IMG/VR virus record: IMGVR_UViG_2657245081_000004
Length of the DNA: 12,885 nucleotides
DNA from: a virus
Lineage: Duplodnaviria; Heunggongvirae; Uroviricota; Caudoviricetes
Reading direction: 5' to 3' (one strand)
Under the pieces are notes generated by a model that saw nothing but the letters and a program-made list of their open reading frames with translations, was not told the DNA's origin and made no database searches. Numbering within the stretch: the stretch's first letter is position 1; each line of letters starts with the position of its first letter. This document shows positions 7,524 through 12,885 of this stretch, piece after piece. The position numbers were made by a program, and so were the translations under genes.

Positions 7524-8594
7524 ATGGCTAACGCCTGGCTCAGATTATGGCATGACATGCCAAATGACCCTAAGTGGCGAACAATTGCCAGGGTGTCAGG
7601 GCAGCCAATTGCAACAGTGATGGCAGTGTATATCCACCTCCTGGTGAGCGCGTCACGAAATGTCACGCGAGGTCACATTGATGTCACGACAGAAGATTTG
7701 GCAAGTGCGCTCGACGTGACAGAAGAGGTAATTGATTCAATTTTGCAGACGATGCAGGGGCGGGTACTTGATGGTGATTTAATCACTGGATGGGAAAAAC
7801 GCCAGGTGCTGAAAGAGGACAACGGCAATATTTCGCAAACCGCAAAATCTCCGGCAGAGCGCAAGAGGGCGCAGCGAGAGAGGGAAAGAAAGCGGGAACA
7901 AAATGGCGATTGTCACGGCGCGTCACGAAATGTCACGCACATGTCACGACGAGTCACGACAGATAAAGATACAGATAAAGATACAGATCAAGAAGATCAA
8001 AACACTATGGTCCATGGCGTAAAAAACGCCACGAACCAGGCAGGGGATGTTCAGACCGTCAATCCTGGTCAGCCAGCAGGCACGACACCGGAAGCCGATT
8101 CAGCGTATGCGCTGAAAGCCGATTCGGGCGCTGTGCAGCAGGTGATGACCCCAAGGCCGGAGCAATCACACCAACTGCAGCAGCCTGAAGCCGATTCCGC
8201 CATTCAGCGGGAAGCCGATCGGGTAGTCCCGGAAAACACCGGGCTGTCTGTGGGACGAGTGGATTATCCGGATGTGTTCGAACAGGTCTGGCGGGAGTAC
8301 CCGTTGCGTGCCGGAGCAAACCCGAAGAAATCCGCTTTCAGTGCCTGGAAGGCCAGATTACGCGAGGGGGTGCCACCAGAGGCCATGCTGGATGGCGTGA
8401 GGCGTTACGCAAGATACTTGGCGGCTACCGGGAAAACGGGAACGGAATTTGTTCAGCGAGCGACGACGTTTTTTGGACCGGACCGGAATTTTGAGAACCC
8501 CTGGTTGCTCCCGGTAAGCGGCACGAACAACCAGCGTTGTGTGAATCATATTTCTGAACCGGATACCGAAATTCCACCGGGCTTCAGGGGGTAA
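7524..8594 (+). CDS. Phage replication initiation protein (O-like N-terminal region; C-terminal domain resembling DnaT)
   Basis: GAGG 5 nt upstream of ATG 7524; iteron arrays lie inside the gene as in lambda O; C-terminal region (VDYPDVFEQVWREYPL...FVQRATTFFGPDRNF) recalled as DnaT-like. Confidence 0.65.
   Translation: MANAWLRLWHDMPNDPKWRTIARVSGQPIATVMAVYIHLLVSASRNVTRGHIDVTTEDLASALDVTEEVIDSILQTMQGRVLDGDLITGWEKRQVLKEDNGNISQTAKSPAERKRAQRERERKREQNGDCHGASRNVTHMSRRVTTDKDTDKDTDQEDQNTMVHGVKNATNQAGDVQTVNPGQPAGTTPEADSAYALKADSGAVQQVMTPRPEQSHQLQQPEADSAIQREADRVVPENTGLSVGRVDYPDVFEQVWREYPLRAGANPKKSAFSAWKARLREGVPPEAMLDGVRRYARYLAATGKTGTEFVQRATTFFGPDRNFENPWLLPVSGTNNQRCVNHISEPDTEIPPGFRG
7648..7688. repeat. 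Iteron cluster 1: four GTCACG/GTCAC repeats at about 10-bp spacing
   Basis: GTCACG at 7652, 7662, 7683 and GTCAC at 7672; contains the 21-mer GCGCGTCACGAAATGTCACGC that recurs exactly at 7918-7938. Confidence 0.7.
7912..8003. repeat. Iteron cluster 2 (five GTCACG repeats at 10-11 bp spacing) followed by an AT-rich tandem repeat; putative origin of replication
   Basis: GTCACG at 7912, 7922, 7932, 7943, 7953; then AGATAAAGATACAGATAAAGATACAGATCAAGAAGATCAA. Iterons plus an AT-rich tract inside the initiator gene is the lambda ori layout. Confidence 0.65.
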
Positions 8595-8634
8595 GTGTTG
8601 ATTTCTGGTCATGAGGTAATTTTCAGGAGGGCTT

Positions 8635-9057
8635 GTGGCAAAAGTTTTTACACAAGAAGAGCGAGAAAAAATTAAAGGGCAGGTTGTTGAACTCGTACGC
8701 CAGAGTGGGCGTGAGACGTTACGGCAACTGGAAGTCAAGACAGGTGCGACAAGATATCTGATGAGCGTTCTCGCAAGAGAGCTGGTTGCCAGCGGCGATG
8801 TATACAACTCCGGCTACGGGTTATTCCCCTCTGAACAGGCGCGTAAGGACTGGCAAAACGCCCGCAAAAAACTCTCGAGGGCAAAGGTGAAGAAACCTGC
8901 TGTGGTTGATCCGGACCTTATCTGGTCATCACCTGACGGAGAAATACGTCGCTACGACAGTCGCCTAAACATAATCTGTCGCGAGTGCCGGAAGAGTGAA
9001 GCTATGCAGCGTGTACTGGCTTTCTATCAGGGTAATTTTCAGGAGGCGGTACTGTGA
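8635..9057 (+). CDS. Hypothetical protein (140 aa), GTG start
   Basis: AGGAGG 4 nt upstream of GTG 8635; unrecognised; flanked by a 16-bp direct repeat. Confidence 0.55.
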   Translation: MAKVFTQEEREKIKGQVVELVRQSGRETLRQLEVKTGATRYLMSVLARELVASGDVYNSGYGLFPSEQARKDWQNARKKLSRAKVKKPAVVDPDLIWSSPDGEIRRYDSRLNIICRECRKSEAMQRVLAFYQGNFQEAVL

Positions 9058-9114
9058 GTGAAATTAGCTATCAGGCTTCAATTACCGCTGGCATTCGCAT
9101 CAAAGGAGAGGAGC

Positions 9115-9471
9115 ATGGAAATAAAACCAGAGGATGAGTTAAGCAATATCGTTTTATTTCCGGTAAAAGAGGATGACCCTCGTAATCAGGTTAATTTTCT
9201 TTATGAGCCATCGGAAAGACCATATTGTCATCACGCCTCTGTCCGGGTTGACGAAAAAGAGCGTCAGGTCCGCTGTAAAATCTGCGGTGCAGTTGTGGAG
9301 CCATTTGACTGGATGCTCTCTGTGGCGAAAAGAGAAACCAGACTGGCAGATGATGTAAGGCTCTTGCGTCAGGAGGAGCGGGAAAGGCGAAAAAATATAG
9401 AAAAGCTAATTCAGATTGAGCGTAACGCGAAAGCGCGGATACGCAGGGCGACAAAATCCAGAACTGAATAA
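9115..9471 (+). CDS. Hypothetical protein (118 aa) with possible zinc-ribbon motif (CHH...CKICG) and basic C-terminal tail
   Basis: GGAGAGGAG upstream of ATG 9115; alternative GTG start at 9058 would add 19 aa. Confidence 0.55.
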   Translation: MEIKPEDELSNIVLFPVKEDDPRNQVNFLYEPSERPYCHHASVRVDEKERQVRCKICGAVVEPFDWMLSVAKRETRLADDVRLLRQEERERRKNIEKLIQIERNAKARIRRATKSRTE

Positions 9472-9564
9472 TTAAATTTAGCTCTGTTAAAAATTTAATC
9501 CTTAACCGGAGGGATTTCTGCACCCTCAGAACATCAGGAGGCCGCCCGAAAGGGCGGTAGTTAA

Positions 9565-9747
9565 ATGCGAAAGTTTAAAATAATTATTGAAACGGGAATA
9601 GCCGGTGGAGATTTCGAGGATGAATTCGAAGTGGATGATGATGCGACGCCTGATGAAATACATGACGAAGCAAAAGATATTTTCTTTAACTACTGCAATT
9701 ACTCATATCACGAAATAAAAGACGAAGAGGAAGAACAAAATGGCTGA
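9565..9747 (+). CDS. Small highly acidic protein (60 aa; about 20 Asp/Glu, 5 basic)
   Basis: Composition counted by hand; the Shine-Dalgarno AGGAG at 9536-9540 is separated from the ATG by a GAAA-tetraloop hairpin (9541-9558). Confidence 0.5.
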   Translation: MRKFKIIIETGIAGGDFEDEFEVDDDATPDEIHDEAKDIFFNYCNYSYHEIKDEEEEQNG

Positions 9748-9916
9748 TTTTGGTTCAACTAAATACAACGTCAGTTTTGAAGAATGGCATGAACTGTTAA
9801 TGGACTATGCAGAGTTACGTGGTGGCAGTGCTGCTGATGCTGAAGCATGGCGTGATGATTATGAAGCAGGAAAAACTCCGGTCGAAGCATATTGTGATGA
9901 GTGGGGCGATGAATGA
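9740..9916 (+). CDS. Small acidic protein (58 aa), translationally coupled to the preceding acidic ORF
   Basis: Hand translation MADFGSTKYNVSFEEWHELLMDYAELRGGSAADAEAWRDDYEAGKTPVEAYCDEWGDE; GAGGAAG 8 nt upstream; start overlaps the upstream stop by 8 nt. Not in the ORF track (below cutoff). Confidence 0.5.
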   Translation: MADFGSTKYNVSFEEWHELLMDYAELRGGSAADAEAWRDDYEAGKTPVEAYCDEWGDE

Positions 9917-9974
9917 GCGAGGTTAATTATCAGGAAGGGCATGAAACGGCGGGGCAAGCAAAAACAGTGGCATG

Positions 9975-10229
9975 GCGATATCGCTACGTGAAAAAAAAGG
10001 CGTTACGGACTTTCAGGGGAAGTAGTGGTCTGGTGACTGGAAATATGTACCGAAAAAAGAGGATTGTAACGACAGGCCGAACTATGAAATTCAGGCCTTA
10101 TTCACTGCCCCGCCAGTCCCGGTTACATCAGAAGAACTGGTTAAAGCTGTGCACTTTTATGAACAACTAAAACGCGAAAATCCACCAGCATCCGGAAACC
10201 TGATTACAGATTCCCAGATAAGGCAATGA
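9975..10229 (+). pseudogene. Interrupted ORF: 17 codons from ATG 9975, in-frame TAG at 10023-10025, then 67 sense codons with no start codon
   Basis: The frame reads MAISLREKKGVTDFQGK, TAG, then WSGDWKYVPKKEDCNDRPNYEIQALFTAPPVPVTSEELVKAVHFYEQLKRENPPASGNLITDSQIRQ. The track ORF 9913..10170 is in another frame and is basic and low-complexity. Confidence 0.35.
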
Positions 10230-10399
10230 GCTACCTGGCGCAGAACGGGCTGATAAGTATGGGGAATGTTTTACGATGAATATTTAGACTAAAGAGTTTG
10301 TAACGCTATGTAAGTGATTTTTTCTGGTTTAGATATTTATATGTCCGGCCAAATTGAGGTGTGTTTAAATGTAATTGCACATTGATTGTAGGAGGAATA

Positions 10400-10579
10400 A
10401 TGAAAAACGCATTGCAGTTTTTGTTTGTTGCGTTCTGGTTGTTCGTATCATGTATGCCCATCATCTTCACAGCAAGGTATATGGAAAAAGTTGATGTTTT
10501 GATATTAATATTTGGATATATAAATGCCCTTTTTTTAGGGGTGTTCATGGCGGTCATGTGCATTGAATACTGGCGGTAA
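10400..10579 (+). CDS. Small hydrophobic protein (59 aa) with two predicted transmembrane helices, in an AT-rich island
   Basis: MKNALQFLFVAFWLFVSCMPIIFTARYMEKVDVLILIFGYINALFLGVFMAVMCIEYWR; GGAGG 4 nt upstream of ATG 10400; surrounding DNA (about 10260-10620) is visibly AT-rich. Confidence 0.55.
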   Translation: MKNALQFLFVAFWLFVSCMPIIFTARYMEKVDVLILIFGYINALFLGVFMAVMCIEYWR

Positions 10580-10634
10580 ATACAGCGAACGCCATTGGTT
10601 TAGTTGGATATTTACTGTGCCGGACAAAAACGGT

Positions 10635-10662
10635 TTGCGGGGAAATCTTAGTTAAGTAGAAT
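10635..10662 (+). promoter_or_regulatory. Candidate hok mRNA promoter (TTGCGG-N16-TAGAAT)
   Basis: Hexamers seen in sequence about 170 nt upstream of hok, the distance expected for the long structured hok leader. Confidence 0.3.
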
Positions 10663-10734
10663 GACTGCGGGTGCTTGAGGCTATCTGTCTCAGGCATGAA
10701 CACCAAAAGGCAGATAGAGAAAAGCCCCAGTTAA

Positions 10735-10800
10735 CATTACGCGTCCTGCAAGACGCTTAACATTAATCTGAGGCCATATCTATGCGACACATAGAGATTA
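10735..10800 (-). ncRNA. Putative Sok-like antisense RNA region (approximate bounds)
   Basis: Minus-strand promoter-like TTGACC (complement of 10821-10826), 16-nt spacer, GCTAAT, reading across the mok-like start; position matches hok/sok architecture. Ends not determinable. Confidence 0.35.
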
Positions 10801-10841
10801 GCCTCTTACGGACCGAAAGGTCAAGGAGAAGCAGGCTATGA
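10782..10841 (+). CDS. Short leader ORF (19 aa) ending in ATGA overlap with the hok start; mok-like coupling frame
   Basis: ATG 10782 with GAGG 8 nt upstream; stop TGA overlaps the hok ATG. Confidence 0.35.
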   Translation: MRHIEISLLRTERSRRSRL

Positions 10842-10993
10842 AGCAGCAAAAGGCGATGTTAATCGCCCTGATCGTCATCTGTTTAACCGTCATAGTGACG
10901 GCACTGGTAACGAGGAAAGACCTCTGCGAGGTACGAATCCGAACCGGCCAGACGGAGGTCGCTGTCTTCACAGCTTACGAACCTGAGGAGTAA
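10838..10993 (+). CDS. hokD: Hok-family type I toxin (51 aa), HokD/RelF-like
   Basis: Hand translation MKQQKAMLIALIVICLTVIVTALVTRKDLCEVRIRTGQTEVAVFTAYEPEE matches remembered HokD; not in the ORF track (below cutoff). Confidence 0.85.
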   Translation: MKQQKAMLIALIVICLTVIVTALVTRKDLCEVRIRTGQTEVAVFTAYEPEE

Positions 10994-11062
10994 GAGACCT
11001 GGCGGGGGAGAAATCCCTCGCCACCTCTGATGTGTCAGGCATCCTCAACGCACCCGCACGTA

Positions 11063-11088
11063 ACCCGCTTCGGCGGGTTTTGTTTTTT
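11063..11088 (+). terminator. Rho-independent terminator downstream of hok
   Basis: ACCCGC-TTCG-GCGGGT hairpin followed by TTTTGTTTTTT. A 9-bp GAAA-tetraloop hairpin lies upstream at 11002-11023. Confidence 0.7.
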
Positions 11089-11160
11089 CCTGGCATTCTG
11101 GTTTACAATTCGCACGCCAGCCTGAACAACTGGCACCTGCTGCGCCAGCAGAGACAACCG

Positions 11161-11439
11161 ATGGCGCACGATACCAAATTACACAATTCTAATGATTCTG
11201 CCGTCTTTGCCAGTAGGTGCGGACGGCGTTTTCACGCATTCAAATCAGACTGGTTCCAGCATCCTCCATGCACTGAAGAGCAGGCGGAATGGATAATTCA
11301 GTGTTACCGCAGGCGCGGATACGAGGTTAAGAAAGCTCTTAGCCTCGACTACCGTCACTGGATAATCTCAGTCAGACTCCCTTACTCCGAACGCCCACCG
11401 CGTTCATCCCGCACATACCAGCAACGGATCTGGAGGTAA
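11161..11439 (+). CDS. Hypothetical small protein (92 aa) in the position of Qin rem
   Basis: Start taken at ATG 11161 because the track's upstream extension runs through the hok terminator; weak RBS. Rem assignment is by synteny only. Confidence 0.5.
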   Translation: MAHDTKLHNSNDSAVFASRCGRRFHAFKSDWFQHPPCTEEQAEWIIQCYRRRGYEVKKALSLDYRHWIISVRLPYSERPPRSSRTYQQRIWR

Positions 11440-11440
11440 C

Positions 11441-12490
11441 GTGCGGGTATTACTTCGACCTGTTCTGGTACCGGAACTCGGGGTGGTGATCGTTAAGCCG
11501 GGCCGTGAATCCATGCCGGTATTCCACAATACCCGGGTACTGGTGGAGCCGGAACCGAAAAGCATGCGTAATCTGCCGTCCGGGGTCGTTCCTGCCGTTC
11601 GCCAGCCGCTGGTGGAAGACAAAACATTGCTGCCGTTTTTCAGTAACGCACGGGTGATTCGTGCTGCTGGTGGTGCTGGTGCATTGTCTGACTGGCTGTT
11701 GCGCCATATTAAATCCTGCCAGTGGCCACACGGCGATTATCACCACAGTGAAACCGTCATTCACCGTTATGGTACCGGCGCAATGGTGTTGTGCTGGCAC
11801 TGCGACAACCAGCTGCGTGACCAGACATCCGAATCACTCGAGCAACTTGCTCATCAAAACCTGTCAGCATGGATGATTGACGTCATCGGTCACGCAATAA
11901 GCGGTACGCAGGAGCGTGAATTATCTCTGGCTGAATTATCCTGGTGGGCGGTCCGAAATCAGGTGGCGGATGCGCTACCTGAAGCGGTATTACGTCGCTC
12001 GCTGGGATTACCAGCGGAAAAAATCCGCTCAATGTACCGCGAAAGCGACATCGTACCGGGAGAGCAGACCGCCACCAGCATATTGAAACAGCGCACAAAA
12101 AATCTTGCACTGTTGCCTCACGCCCACCAGGAACAACACCCACTACAGGAAAGGACGGTGGTAAGCATCACCGTTGATCCTGAGTCTCCGGAATCTTTCA
12201 TGAAGCTACCTAAACGTCGCCGCTGGGTTAAGGAGAAATACACTCGCTGGGTGAAGACACAGCCGTGTGCTTGCTGCGGTATGCCAGCCGACGATCCGCA
12301 TCATCTGATTGGTCACGGGCAGGGCGGAATGGGAACCAAAGCACATGATCTTTTTGTGTTGCCTTTATGCAGAAAGCATCACGACGAACTGCATACGGAT
12401 ACCGTGGCATTTGAAGAGAAGTATGGCTCCCAACTGGAGCTGATTTTTCGATTTATCGATCACGCGCTGGCAATTGGTGTGCTGGCCTAA
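11441..12490 (+). CDS. ydfU: YdfU-like protein (DUF968), 349 aa, with HNH-like Cys/His cluster near the C-terminus
   Basis: GTG start with GGAGG upstream; C-terminal [21 protein letters not shown]...CRKHHDELH motif; position between rem-like gene and Q matches Qin. Confidence 0.7.
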   Translation: MRVLLRPVLVPELGVVIVKPGRESMPVFHNTRVLVEPEPKSMRNLPSGVVPAVRQPLVEDKTLLPFFSNARVIRAAGGAGALSDWLLRHIKSCQWPHGDYHHSETVIHRYGTGAMVLCWHCDNQLRDQTSESLEQLAHQNLSAWMIDVIGHAISGTQERELSLAELSWWAVRNQVADALPEAVLRRSLGLPAEKIRSMYRESDIVPGEQTATSILKQRTKNLALLPHAHQEQHPLQERTVVSITVDPESPESFMKLPKRRRWVKEKYTRWVKTQPCACCGMPADDPHHLIGHGQGGMGTKAHDLFVLPLCRKHHDELHTDTVAFEEKYGSQLELIFRFIDHALAIGVLA

Positions 12491-12507
12491 TTTTGTGGAG
12501 TAAGTTG

Positions 12508-12885
12508 ATGCGTGATATTCAGATGGTTCTTGAGCGTTGGGGAGCGTGGGCGGCTAATAATCATGAAGATGTGACCTGGTCGTCCATTGCTGCCGGTTTT
12601 AAGGGGTTAATTTCTTCAAAAGTCAAATCTCGCCCGCAATGCTGTGACGATGACGCGATGATCATTTGTGGATGTATGGCTCGCCTGAAAAAAAACAACA
12701 GCGATTTGCATGATTTATTGGTGGACTATTATGTCGGCGGCATGACTTTTATGGCGCTTGCACGTAAGCATGGGCGATCTGATTGTTGGGTTGGCAGGAT
12801 GCTCCAGAAAGCTGAGGGCGTAGTGGAGGGCATGCTGATGGTGTTGGATCTCCGATTGGAGATGGATGCTGATTGTTCGAAATAA
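12508..12885 (+). CDS. Late-gene antitermination protein Q (Q933W/Q21-like)
   Basis: [35 protein letters not shown]... recalled as Q of 933W-type phages; GGAG 7 nt upstream of ATG 12508; stop is the last codon of the window. Confidence 0.8.
   Translation: MRDIQMVLERWGAWAANNHEDVTWSSIAAGFKGLISSKVKSRPQCCDDDAMIICGCMARLKKNNSDLHDLLVDYYVGGMTFMALARKHGRSDCWVGRMLQKAEGVVEGMLMVLDLRLEMDADCSK

Larger units (their letters stand above)
1..12885. mobile_element. Lambdoid prophage, early region (int through Q); mosaic of Qin-like dicB operon, lambda-type CI repressor and Q933W-like antiterminator
   Basis: Gene order int-xis-exonuclease-dicB operon-repressor-cro-cII-like-replication-accessory-hok-ydfU-Q seen in sequence; matches lambdoid architecture and Qin synteny from memory. 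Confidence 0.85.

Noticed and set aside
8059-8807. Minus-strand ORFs (86 and 149 aa) inside the replication gene
   Set aside because: Antisense to the replication initiator; Arg/Pro-rich translations typical of off-frame reading.
9913-10170. 85-aa track ORF as a stand-alone gene
   Set aside because: Translation is strongly basic and repetitive and overlaps a better-looking frame; kept only as the possible upstream frame of the interrupted ORF, not as a confident CDS.
10306-10563. 85-aa minus-strand ORF in the AT-rich island
   Set aside because: Antisense to the well-initiated small membrane-protein gene, Asn/Lys/Ile-rich as expected from AT-rich DNA, no ribosome-binding site.
11450-12410. 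Minus-strand ORFs inside ydfU
   Set aside because: Antisense frame shadows within a 349-aa gene that has a clear start and a conserved C-terminal motif.
1-12885. CRISPR arrays, tRNA or rRNA genes, IS elements
   Set aside because: No regularly spaced repeat-spacer structure, no tRNA-like cloverleaf candidates, and no transposase-like ORF or terminal inverted repeats were seen.

Overview
The window is the early/regulatory half of a mosaic lambdoid prophage of the E. coli Qin/Rac type, running from the integrase stop (position 1) to the antiterminator Q stop (12885). Leftward (minus strand): integrase, excisionase, a large protein with a DEDDh 3'-5' exonuclease domain (YdfE-like), then the Qin-type dicB operon (ydfA, ydfB, ydfC, DicF sRNA, dicB, ydfD) driven from a putative pL. 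The immunity switch is a lambda CI-type S24 repressor (not DicA) facing a Cro/YdaS-like and a CII/YdaT-like gene. Rightward: a replication initiator with iteron arrays inside the gene and no helicase-loader gene, then an accessory stretch (two unknown proteins, two small very acidic proteins, an interrupted ORF, an AT-rich island encoding a small two-helix membrane protein), a hok/sok type I toxin-antitoxin locus, a rem-like gene, ydfU (DUF968) and Q. Gene identities are recognised from memory of sequence and from synteny, with no database search run. The most interesting unexplained content is the accessory stretch 8.6-10.6 kb, especially the acidic protein pair and the AT-rich membrane-protein gene next to hok. 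Two 10-nt N runs (60-69, 179-188) lie inside the integrase 3' end.
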